DNA from: Eubacteriales bacterium
GTDB taxonomy: Bacteria; Bacillota; Clostridia; Oscillospirales; CAG-272
Direction: 5' to 3'
Length of the DNA: 64,000 bases
Assembly: GCA_045629745.1 (NCBI GenBank)
Contig: JAZQRU010000042.1
Span: 100,039-164,038, forward strand
How positions within the stretch are numbered: the first letter of the stretch is position 1; every line of letters starts with the position of its first letter. The notes under the pieces are model-generated. The model searched no databases, was not told the DNA's origin, and saw only the letters and a list, made by a program, of their open reading frames with translations. Positions 8,401 to 16,632 of this stretch are shown here, piece after piece. The position numbers were made by a program, and so were the translations under genes.

Positions 8401-11400
8401 GCGAGCACGAGCTCAAGGCCTTTTACTTCAATGCATCTCACCATACTCACGAGTGCGAGTGCGGTTATAAGACCGGCGCAATTGACGGCAAGCTTACGAA
8501 TGACTACGATACCAACGAGCATTGGCAGAAATGCGAGCACGGTTACAAGACCGACGTAGAAGAACACGAATTCGTTGCGGTTATTTCCCAGTCGGGAGCA
8601 GATCACTCCTTGGTGTGCGAGTGCGGTTGCACCGTTTCAGGCGTAGCTCACGAATACAAGGCGGTATACGTTTCTGATGCTGAACATAAGCACGTTTGCG
8701 AGTGCGGTCACACATCAGAGGTCTTCGCAACTCCGTTGACTTATGCAAGCGACGCTGATAATCACTGGCGCGTATGCGAGCACAGATACGTAACGGATGC
8801 AAGCGAGCACTCTTTTGCTCCCGACCGTGACGAAAATAAACACTGGAACGGATGCGTTTGCGGTTGCACGACAAACGTTGAAGAGCACGAGTACACAGCA
8901 GTTTCCGTTTCGGAAACCGAGCATAAGCACGTATGTAAGTGCGGTTACGAAACCGAGGCAATAGTTGGCAAATTAGTCGGCGCAAGCGATCCGGATTACC
9001 ACTGGACAGAATGCGAGTGCCATATTATTGCAAGTGAGAAGATAGCTCACGAATTTGTCGGCAAAAATAATGAGACGGAACACTGGCTTGAATGCGAATG
9101 CGCTTGCAAGAAAGACTTTTCTTCTCATACTCTCGTTTCAAATAACGACGCAACGGGACACTGGACTGAGTGTGAGTGCGGCTTCAAGACCATAGTTGAA
9201 AATCACGAATACAACGCAGCTTACAACCTCGTTCAGCATTGGAAGGCTTGCGAATGCGGTTACGAAACAAATTTCTCAGATCACGAGCTTGAATATGCAA
9301 GCGACGAAAACGGACACTGGCTTGTATGCGAGTGCGGTTATGCGTCCGAGTCCGTAGCTCACGACCTTGAATCAAATCACGACTACGGCAAACACTGGAC
9401 CGAGTGCGACTGCGGCTACAAGACCAAAGGCATAGAACACGAGTTTAACAAAACAAAATTCAATAACGTTCAGCACTGGGTCGAATGCGAGTGCGGTGAA
9501 ATCAGCGGCATAGAGGAACACGTAATAACGGGTGTTCATTCAAGCGAAACAGGCCACTGGCACGAATGTTCCTGCGGTTATAACGATACTGAAACCAACC
9601 ACAACTTCAAGCCTGTTTACGTTTCCGAGAGCGAGCATAAGCACGTTTGCGAGTGCGGTTACGAGAGCGCGGTAATTGACACCGCTTTGACTCTTGGATA
9701 TACAGACGAAAACGGACATTGGCTTGAGTGCGACTGCGGCTACAAGGCAGATACTGCAGCTCACAATGTTGAAACGAAGACTAACGCCCTTGAACACTTT
9801 GGCGAATGCGCATGCGGATATAAGACCGCTAAAGAAAGCCACGGATTCAAGGCAGAGTTAGTAAGCAACGGTGAGCACAAACACGTTTGCGAGTGCGGTT
9901 ACGAGAGCGCGGTAATTGACACCGCTTTGACTCTTGAATATACAGACGAAAACGGACATTGGCTTGAATGCAATTGCGGTTACAAGGCAGAGCTTACGGC
10001 TCACGAAACAAGCATTCAAATGATTGACGAAAATCAGCACGTATTCGTTTGCGAGTGCGGATATGAAAGCGCGCCTGTTAATCACGAATATGAGGCAGTA
10101 TACGTTGACGACACCGTTCATAAGCACGTATGCGAGTGCGGTCACGAGTCAGAGCTTATTGACGGTACTTTAACCGTTGAATACAACGAAACCGTACACT
10201 TCGGCAAATGCGAGTGCGGTTATACGACCTACACGGAAGATCACAACGCAAACGTAAAATACGACGAGGACAGCCACTGGACCGAGTGCGATTGCGGTTA
10301 CACGGCAGGCGATACGCTTCACGTATACGAGACTGTATACGTAGATGACACAACGCATTATCACGCTTGTGCGTGCGGCCATACAAGTGGAATCCTCGAA
10401 GGCGGCTTAAGCGTTAAGTATAACGGTGAATCCCACTGGCTTGAGTGCAAGTGCGGATACACAGCTTACAATGCTCTTCATACTCTCTCCCCTGCAAATG
10501 ACGAAACGGGACATTGGACCGAGTGCGACTGCGGTTACAAGACCGCCGTTATTCCTCACAATTTCGAGCTCGAGGTTGTAAGCGATACTCAGCATTGTCA
10601 CGTTTGCGACTGCGGTTACTATGAATTTATTTTATCAGGCTCCGTAGCTCTTGACTATAAAGACGGTGAGGGACACTGGATTAAGTGCAATTGCGGTTAT
10701 GAGTCCGTAGTTGTAAATCACAGCCTTGTACGCAATAACGACGACAGCACACATTGGCTTGAGTGCGTGTGCGGATACAAGCAGAACGTTGAGCTTCACA
10801 AGCTCTCCCCTGTATACATCAACGAAGAACAGCATTACCACGTTTGCGATTGCGGTTACGAAACCGACGTCGTTACGGGCAACATTTGGGCAGCTTACAC
10901 CGATAACGATGGACACTGGATCGAATGCGGTTGCGGCTACAGCTCTGATGCGGCAGAGCATCAGCTCACTTATCATTACAGCGAAACCGAGCACTACGGC
11001 GTATGCATCTGCGGTTACACAACCACCGCTAAGAGCCATAATCTCAAGGCGGAATTCGTTAATAGCGACGAGCATCGCCACGTATGTGAATGCGGCTACG
11101 GTTCCGAAACCGTAGTCGGCGGCGTTGAAATCAAGTTCAACGAAACCGAGCACTACGGCGAATGCGAGTGCGGATATAAAACAGATAAGGAAGAGCATTT
11201 CCTCGAAACAGTAACCAACGGCGCTCACCACTGGAAAGCATGCGAGTGCGGTTACGACACCTTAGCCGACGCAGAGCTTACCATTAAGTATGATTCTAAC
11301 ACTCACTGGTTAGAGTGCATCTTCGGTTGCAAGACCAACGAAGAAGAACATAGCTTCGTACCGGGCGGCGACGAAAATGCCCACTGGCTTGAGTGCGAGT

Positions 11401-13097
11401 GCGGCTACAAGAAAGATATTGAAACGCACTATCTCAAACTCCAGTACGACGGTGCTAAGCATTGGTACTCCTGCAAGTGCGGTTACGAAAGCGTTGCCGC
11501 AAATCACAGCTATGCAATGTCTCTTGGTGACGAGTCTGAACACAAGCTTAAGTGCTCTTGCGGACATGAAACCGCAGAGCCCCACAACTATACTTACGTT
11601 TATCTTGACGAATCAACTCACACACCCGTATGTGCATGCGGTTACAAGGCAACTCCCAAAAATCACGACTACGCAGACACCTACAGTGCCGACGGACACT
11701 GGATTGAGTGCCGTTGCGGCTCCGAAGTTGATTTCGCCTCTCACGAGCTTGAGCCCAAGTCCGATGCTACTGCCCACTGGGATGAATGTGCGTGCGGATA
11801 CACGGTTAACTATAAAGTTCACGAATTTGAGTATACCAATGCAAATGATGCAGCTCACACAGTTGCTTGTGTTTGCGGATATACAACTGATTCTAATCAC
11901 GTATTCAAAGTATACTTCACCGATGCTACAGGGCACTGGGCCGAGTGCGATTGCGGTTACAAGAACGAGCTTCTAGAGCACAATCTTGTTATCACTTACC
12001 TTGACGCATCAGGTCACTGGCACAAATGCTCTGACTGTGGCTATGAGACCAAAAAGACGAGCCACGTTTGCAAGCTCATAAAAGACGACGATGGACACAC
12101 TTTAGTATGCAACGAATGCGGATACGTTGATATTCCCTACACTCTTCACACCGAAAGCGCTTTTGAAATCACCGTCGAAGCAAGCTGCACCGAAAACGGT
12201 TTAATTACTTACTTCTGCGAATGCGGAGTAGTATGCAGAGAAGAAATACTCTACGCTTCCATCTCTTCTAATCACAATAACCTGAAGCACGTTCCTGGAT
12301 ACGAGGCTTCTTGCGGTGAGGCGGGAAGAATTGAGTACTGGTACTGCGGTGATTGCGGAAATTACTTCAAGAACGCTGAGGCGACAGAGCTCATATCCTA
12401 CGAGGATACCTTCGTTTACGTAACTCACAACTTCGCAGACGGAGAGTGGGTTCTTAACGAAAACGGAACCACTCACGCAAAGAAGTGCGCTAACTGCGGT
12501 ATTCTCTCCGGTTGGGCAGATCACGTTATTACACGTTACTCCTCTGATGCTACCTCTCACTGGGTAGGCTGCGAATGCGGATACGTGAAGAGCGGTGAGA
12601 GCGTCGAAGAGCATAGCTTCGTTTATGCTTACAACAACGACTCTCACTACTACTCCTGCTCCGTATGCGGCTACACTGCCGTTGAAGATCACGAGCTTAT
12701 TTATAATATGAATGAAACTCATCATTGGTACGAATGTATATGCGGATACAAGACTCCCGAATTGCTTCACAAATTTGAGGCAAATTACAATGACGGCATT
12801 CATTATGAAGTATGTCCTTGCGGACACACCAAAAATGAAAGTCATCACACTCTCGTATTAACCTTTACGCCTGATGAACACTGGGTGGCTTGTACCGGAT
12901 GCGATTACACCGCCAAGCATACATCTCACGAGTTTGAAGTCAAGCATAGCGACACAAAGCATTGGATTGAATGCGCTTGCGGCTTGACAGCTTCTGTCGA
13001 AAATCATTCTATGAACACAATAACCGAAGGTAATTATTACTGGACGGAATGTAATTGCGGATTCAAGACCGCAAAGGTTGAAAAAGAAAACGAGTAA
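5484..13097 (+). CDS. giant Cys/His-rich repeat lipoprotein (2,537 aa), unknown function
   Basis: Uninterrupted ORF with a strong RBS. Signal peptide with lipobox (VFGFTAC|G). N- and C-terminal C-x3-G-x5-C-x2-C knuckle modules flank a central array of H-x3-C-x-C-G-Y units. Confidence 0.9.
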   Translation: MKTMKKLCLCILALLLVSITVFGFTACGNEEAEECVHEWGEWETVTEPTCVTAGKEKRVCALDTEGAHPEEREIPMLGHTFTTYVSNNDATCTADGTKSSACDVCGEVQKSSDFGSMLAHTFDKKVATEAYLNTPADCDDKATYFYSCECGEKGTKVFEDGDYLHTYAEAFSYDENKHWHACVCTDASCICDKRTGEAEHVWDDGKVAAQPTCDTEGNFVYTCACGATKSELIPFKHTLARTAKKNATCEADGNIEYWHCSDCGRYFTDAEAKTEIIADAIIINKLSHDFAGGNWICTETAHYKKCADCNTTDEENAKAHDFTPMSTSHQHWQGCECGYKKDVQDHSLTLRMNSEKHWFECLCGFKSAEQDHEEARDAIPSSSKDNTCFEDGYEIHKCATCNLDFTKIIPAAHSALNHFGSSDATCTEEGGIEYWQCELCDKYYKDNAATQEIQLKDISTAPLGHDFENGILKRDGEYHYTVCSRNECGVVDTESREAHTYESGFNATHHYDACSICGYKINESEHVWASSTVEREPTCTVEGIRKYTCECGATKEEAIPIRHELIYVDAKASTCTATGNIGYWYCAKCEKNFSDSSAQNELSASDIITDKTPHNFEEGVWTYDNAKHAKICKDCDATSEYKNHNYNINGKDSEKHWNECECGCRINVSAHGLVAEYIDENTHSISCVCGYGVSSAEHVLNAVYVNDFEHKHACVCGYETDVMPGALTAEDYDENRHVFACGCGYYTVTENHELYTVEIGISHHRHICECGYISEIIIGAVTYTHDSNGHFGECDCGYDTVAESHNLTVGYTDDTQHWHECECGYVTEIINTSVTIKYVDGQSSLYAASNTLGGHYAECDCGYRSELDSHTLVAAYDGEKHYEACGCGYITNEVNHSFKPVYVSDSEHKHECECGYVSETIDGGLGYSHDTIQHWVACGCGYTLEAEDHTVESGYNETKHYEGCACGYIETESEHELKAFYFNASHHTHECECGYKTGAIDGKLTNDYDTNEHWQKCEHGYKTDVEEHEFVAVISQSGADHSLVCECGCTVSGVAHEYKAVYVSDAEHKHVCECGHTSEVFATPLTYASDADNHWRVCEHRYVTDASEHSFAPDRDENKHWNGCVCGCTTNVEEHEYTAVSVSETEHKHVCKCGYETEAIVGKLVGASDPDYHWTECECHIIASEKIAHEFVGKNNETEHWLECECACKKDFSSHTLVSNNDATGHWTECECGFKTIVENHEYNAAYNLVQHWKACECGYETNFSDHELEYASDENGHWLVCECGYASESVAHDLESNHDYGKHWTECDCGYKTKGIEHEFNKTKFNNVQHWVECECGEISGIEEHVITGVHSSETGHWHECSCGYNDTETNHNFKPVYVSESEHKHVCECGYESAVIDTALTLGYTDENGHWLECDCGYKADTAAHNVETKTNALEHFGECACGYKTAKESHGFKAELVSNGEHKHVCECGYESAVIDTALTLEYTDENGHWLECNCGYKAELTAHETSIQMIDENQHVFVCECGYESAPVNHEYEAVYVDDTVHKHVCECGHESELIDGTLTVEYNETVHFGKCECGYTTYTEDHNANVKYDEDSHWTECDCGYTAGDTLHVYETVYVDDTTHYHACACGHTSGILEGGLSVKYNGESHWLECKCGYTAYNALHTLSPANDETGHWTECDCGYKTAVIPHNFELEVVSDTQHCHVCDCGYYEFILSGSVALDYKDGEGHWIKCNCGYESVVVNHSLVRNNDDSTHWLECVCGYKQNVELHKLSPVYINEEQHYHVCDCGYETDVVTGNIWAAYTDNDGHWIECGCGYSSDAAEHQLTYHYSETEHYGVCICGYTTTAKSHNLKAEFVNSDEHRHVCECGYGSETVVGGVEIKFNETEHYGECECGYKTDKEEHFLETVTNGAHHWKACECGYDTLADAELTIKYDSNTHWLECIFGCKTNEEEHSFVPGGDENAHWLECECGYKKDIETHYLKLQYDGAKHWYSCKCGYESVAANHSYAMSLGDESEHKLKCSCGHETAEPHNYTYVYLDESTHTPVCACGYKATPKNHDYADTYSADGHWIECRCGSEVDFASHELEPKSDATAHWDECACGYTVNYKVHEFEYTNANDAAHTVACVCGYTTDSNHVFKVYFTDATGHWAECDCGYKNELLEHNLVITYLDASGHWHKCSDCGYETKKTSHVCKLIKDDDGHTLVCNECGYVDIPYTLHTESAFEITVEASCTENGLITYFCECGVVCREEILYASISSNHNNLKHVPGYEASCGEAGRIEYWYCGDCGNYFKNAEATELISYEDTFVYVTHNFADGEWVLNENGTTHAKKCANCGILSGWADHVITRYSSDATSHWVGCECGYVKSGESVEEHSFVYAYNNDSHYYSCSVCGYTAVEDHELIYNMNETHHWYECICGYKTPELLHKFEANYNDGIHYEVCPCGHTKNESHHTLVLTFTPDEHWVACTGCDYTAKHTSHEFEVKHSDTKHWIECACGLTASVENHSMNTITEGNYYWTECNCGFKTAKVEKENE
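7440..12130 (+). repeat. in-frame coding tandem array of ~59 units of ~26-27 aa (super-repeat of 3 units, ~240 bp)
   Basis: I counted H-x3-C-x-C-G-[YHC] cores by eye from HWNECECGC (nt ~7450) to HTLVCNECGY (nt ~12125). Every third unit is of the EH[KYRC]HVCECGY type. Confidence 0.85.
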
Positions 13098-13229
13098 ACT
13101 TTAAAATTCACAATTCTTAAAACCAAATGATTGAGCTTGCCCGAATTTCGCTAAAAGCGTTTTTCGGGTGAGGCTCACGGACTTTGAAGAAGCAAAATAA
13201 TTTAGTGTTACATATTAAGGAGAAAGATT

Positions 13230-15290
13230 ATGAAGGCAAAAAGAAGGTTCTTGCTTTGCATTCTTTGTCTTGCGGCTCTTTCCACGGCAGTTTTCGGACT
13301 AAGCTCGTGCGGCGAAGAGACACTTGAAGAATGTCCACACTCTTGGAACAGTTGGGAAACCGTAATTCCCCCCACCTGTCAGGCAGAAGGACTTGAAAGA
13401 AGAGCTTGCAAGCTCAATTCTACACATATAGAAGAAAGAACGGTTGTAAAACTCGACCATTCTTTCGAGAATTACGTTTCAAATAATGACGCAACCTGCG
13501 CAAAATACGGCACTAAGACTGCTTATTGCACAACTCTCGGTTGCACTGTTTCAAATACTGTTGACGATATCGGATCACAGCTCCCCCACGATTTCACAGA
13601 AAAGGTAATCAGTGACGATTATCTTTTGAGAGCGCCTTCCTGCACTAAGCCCGCGTCTTACTACTACTCCTGCTATTGCGGCGCTTGCGGCACGGAAACC
13701 TTCCAAAACGGTGATCCCGTACACAGCTTTGGCACTGAGCTTGTTTTCGACGAAGAAAGCCATTGGTACGAATGCTCACTTTGCGGTGAAAAGAATGAGC
13801 TTGCAGCTCACGAGTGGGATGAGGGCGAAGTCGTCAGCGAGGCAAATTGTACCGAAGACGGTAAAAAGGTTTACACATGCGAATGCGGAGCCACGAAAGA
13901 AGAGACAACTCCCGCGCATCACACTCTCACTTACGTTAAAGAAGTTTCCGCCACCTGTACTCTTGAAGGAAGCATTGCTTACTGGCAGTGCTCAGTAGAA
14001 GAATGTGGTAAGAAATTCTCTGATGAAAAGGCAGAGAATGAAATAACGGAGATTAAGACTCTTATCGTTGAACATAGCTACGCATTGTGGACTCACGATA
14101 AAGACGGTCATGCTAAGAAATGCATCTGGTGCGAAGAAACTATTGACGAAAAGGCTCACGAGTTTAAAGACGGATACGACGCAGGATATCATTTCACAAA
14201 ATGCGAGTGCGGATACGTATCCTCATCTGAAGCTCACAATATTTCCGTTCATAAAAACGCAGACGCACACTGGAACGAGTGCACAAAATGCGATTACGTT
14301 TCCGCAAAAGCGGAGCACACCAACGAAACTCGCTCATCTTCAACTCAGCACTGGGAAGCTTGCACTTACTGTGACTGCGCGCTTGATAGATTCAATCACG
14401 AGTACGACGACGGTGTTGTAACGAAAGAGGCGAGCTGCACTGAATACGGAATTAAGACCTACACCTGCGCTTGCGGCGCAACCGTTACCGAAAAGATAGC
14501 TCCACATCACACGTATTCCGAGCTTATTCCTACGGTTGATTCGACCTGTACAGAAGAGGGCACAAAGGCTCATTACGTTTGTCTTGTATGCGAAAAGCGC
14601 TTCGTAAATACTCTCGGTATGACAGATAACTTAACCATAGCAATAAAAGAGCATAGCTGGGCTAAAAAACACGTTTCCGCCGAAGGTCACTTTAATGAAT
14701 GCGTTGACTGCGGCGCGAAAGAGCTTAATGCACAGACTAATGAAGTGATAATTGTGCCTCACACCCTTGTTCCCTCTATGGGTGACGGAGAAGCGCATTA
14801 CGATGTGTGCGAATGCTCTTACAAGGAAAACGTTGAAACTCACTTCTGGGGCGGCGGTATTGTAACCACCCCCGCAGATTGCTTCAATAACGGTGTAAAA
14901 ACCTATACCTGCTATTGCTGCGGCAATACAAAGACCGAGATTGTTCCGTGCCATACCTTGACGTTTGTTGAGGCTAAGGCCGCTACCACATGCGAAGACG
15001 GCAATATTGCTTATCTCCGTTGCGACGTTTGCCAGAATGCTTATTATGCCCCTGGCGCAACTGCAGGCAATCACGACCATCTCACCGCGCCTGACGTTAT
15101 AATCCCTGCTCCCCACGATTTTGTGGGCGGCGAGGTTAAATATGGCGATAACGGTCACTGGATCGTGTGCGTTCACTGCGATGAAACCTCCGCCGTAGTG
15201 CCTCACTCAACCGAAAGAACAGGTCCGGATGCAGACGGTTATTTCTGGATTGAGTGCAAGGATTGCGAACATAAAAAGAGAGAAAATTAA
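13230..15290 (+). CDS. Cys/His-rich lipoprotein (686 aa), short paralogue of the giant protein
   Basis: AAGGAG RBS and lipobox (VFGLSSC|G). The first ~300 aa are collinear with the giant protein (ECPHSWNSWETV.PPTC... versus ECVHEWGEWETVTEPTC...). It contains a few HW.EC.CGY-type units. Confidence 0.88.
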   Translation: MKAKRRFLLCILCLAALSTAVFGLSSCGEETLEECPHSWNSWETVIPPTCQAEGLERRACKLNSTHIEERTVVKLDHSFENYVSNNDATCAKYGTKTAYCTTLGCTVSNTVDDIGSQLPHDFTEKVISDDYLLRAPSCTKPASYYYSCYCGACGTETFQNGDPVHSFGTELVFDEESHWYECSLCGEKNELAAHEWDEGEVVSEANCTEDGKKVYTCECGATKEETTPAHHTLTYVKEVSATCTLEGSIAYWQCSVEECGKKFSDEKAENEITEIKTLIVEHSYALWTHDKDGHAKKCIWCEETIDEKAHEFKDGYDAGYHFTKCECGYVSSSEAHNISVHKNADAHWNECTKCDYVSAKAEHTNETRSSSTQHWEACTYCDCALDRFNHEYDDGVVTKEASCTEYGIKTYTCACGATVTEKIAPHHTYSELIPTVDSTCTEEGTKAHYVCLVCEKRFVNTLGMTDNLTIAIKEHSWAKKHVSAEGHFNECVDCGAKELNAQTNEVIIVPHTLVPSMGDGEAHYDVCECSYKENVETHFWGGGIVTTPADCFNNGVKTYTCYCCGNTKTEIVPCHTLTFVEAKAATTCEDGNIAYLRCDVCQNAYYAPGATAGNHDHLTAPDVIIPAPHDFVGGEVKYGDNGHWIVCVHCDETSAVVPHSTERTGPDADGYFWIECKDCEHKKREN

Positions 15291-15302
15291 ATACTAAAAA
15301 CC

Positions 15303-15330
15303 AAAGGGCTTCCAAATTGGAAGCCCTTTT
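15303..15330 (+). terminator. rho-independent terminator after the lipoprotein pair
   Basis: AAAGGGCTTCC-aaatt-GGAAGCCCTTT hairpin running into a T tract. Confidence 0.65.
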
Positions 15331-15370
15331 ACTTAATATTGGGTTGTACCGATCAGCTTTATTATTAACA

Positions 15371-15396
15371 AAAAAGAGCCTTTTGAGCTCTTTTTT
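15371..15396. terminator. A/T-flanked hairpin, probable terminator of the convergent minus-strand glycan operon (bidirectional)
   Basis: AAAAAGAGC-cttttga-GCTCTTTTT, symmetric A and T tracts. It sits between convergent genes. Confidence 0.55.
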
Positions 15397-15435
15397 ATTT
15401 ACATATTTTATCTAAAATATTTTATTGCGCTTTAT

Positions 15436-16632
15436 TTAAAATACATCTTTACGCCAAACCATTTTATTTACAACGCCCGTGTAGCTTTGAATTATTTTAA
15501 CGACCTTTGTCGAAACGTTTTCTTCGACGTAATCTGGAACGGGAATGCCGAAATCGCCGTTTTCTGTCATTGAAACGGCAGTATCAACCGCCGTAAGAAG
15601 CGATTTTTCATCAATTCCCGCGAGGATAAAGCACGCCTTATCAAGCGCTTCGGGGCGTTCCGTTGAGGTTCTTATGCAAACCGCCGGAAATGGATTTCCG
15701 ACGCTTGTAAAGAAGCTTGATTCCTCAGGAAGCGTTCCGCTATCCGAAACGACTGCAAATGCGTTCATTTGAAGCTTATTGTAATCGTGGAATCCCATAG
15801 GCTCGTGACGAATTACCCGTGTGTCAAGCTCAAATCCCGATGCATCAAGTCTGTTGCGGCTTCTCGGGTGGCAGGAATAAAGTATCGGCATATTATATTT
15901 TTCCGCCATTTTATTTATAGCGGTAAATAGTGATTTGAAATTCTTTTCCGTGTCAATATTCTCTTCCCTGTGAGCCGATAAAAGTATGTATTTTTTAGGC
16001 TCAAGTTCTAAGCGAGTGAGAATATCGCTCGCCTTGATTTCTTCTAAATTATTATGAAGCACCTCCGCCATAGGCGAGCCTGTTACGTAAGTGCGCTCCT
16101 TGGGAAGTCCGCACTCGTGAAGATAACGGCGCGCGTGCTCCGAATAAGCAAGATTAACGTCGGAGATTATATCAACGATTCTTCTGTTAGTTTCTTCGGG
16201 TAGACATTCATCCTTGCAACGGTTTCCTGCTTCCATATGGAAGATCGGGATGTGCAGTCTCTTTGCGGCGATCGCAGAAAGACAAGAATTAGTGTCACCG
16301 AGAATGAGAAGCGCATCGGGCTTTATTTGGCTCATCAGCTTATAGGAGCAGTTGATGATATTGCCCACCGTTGCGCCGAGATCATCGCCAACCGCATTCA
16401 TATAGACTTCGGGATCGACAAGCTTCAAATCCTTGAAGAATACTCCGTTAAGGTTATAATCGTAGTTCTGCCCCGTGTGAGCTAAAATGCAATCAAAATA
16501 CTGACGGCACTTATTTATTACGGCAGAAAGTCTTATGATTTCAGGGCGCGTGCCAACGATTATAAGAAGCTTTAATTTGCCGTTTTCTTTAAATTTTACA
16601 TCGCTGTAATCGAGTTTTATATTCATTTCCAT
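15436..16632 (-). CDS. fnlC: UDP-N-acetylglucosamine 2-epimerase (non-hydrolysing), FnlC/Cap5G type
   Basis: 398 aa. N-terminal LLIIVGTRPEIIRL epimerase signature. Last gene of a CapE/CapF/CapG-like triad. The TAATG junction gives a 1-nt overlap with the upstream gene. Confidence 0.85.
   Translation of the reverse strand: MEMNIKLDYSDVKFKENGKLKLLIIVGTRPEIIRLSAVINKCRQYFDCILAHTGQNYDYNLNGVFFKDLKLVDPEVYMNAVGDDLGATVGNIINCSYKLMSQIKPDALLILGDTNSCLSAIAAKRLHIPIFHMEAGNRCKDECLPEETNRRIVDIISDVNLAYSEHARRYLHECGLPKERTYVTGSPMAEVLHNNLEEIKASDILTRLELEPKKYILLSAHREENIDTEKNFKSLFTAINKMAEKYNMPILYSCHPRSRNRLDASGFELDTRVIRHEPMGFHDYNKLQMNAFAVVSDSGTLPEESSFFTSVGNPFPAVCIRTSTERPEALDKACFILAGIDEKSLLTAVDTAVSMTENGDFGIPVPDYVEENVSTKVVKIIQSYTGVVNKMVWRKDVF

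Noticed and set aside
7440-12130. Regularly spaced DNA repeats that could superficially resemble a CRISPR or other non-coding array.
   Set aside because: The repeats are in frame within one ORF. The conserved part is protein-level (H-x3-C-x-C-G-Y) with variable DNA. Period is about 80 nt with no invariant direct repeat or unique spacer structure, and no cas genes are present.
5667-12848. Many long minus-strand ORFs (up to 268 aa) antisense to the giant lipoprotein gene, plus internal plus-strand out-of-frame ORFs.
   Set aside because: They lie entirely inside a continuous 7.6-kb sense ORF with an RBS, signal peptide and periodic conserved motifs. Their translations are low-complexity (A/V/S/R/C-rich) and they have no RBS. 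The repetitive codon usage of the sense frame simply depletes antisense stop codons.
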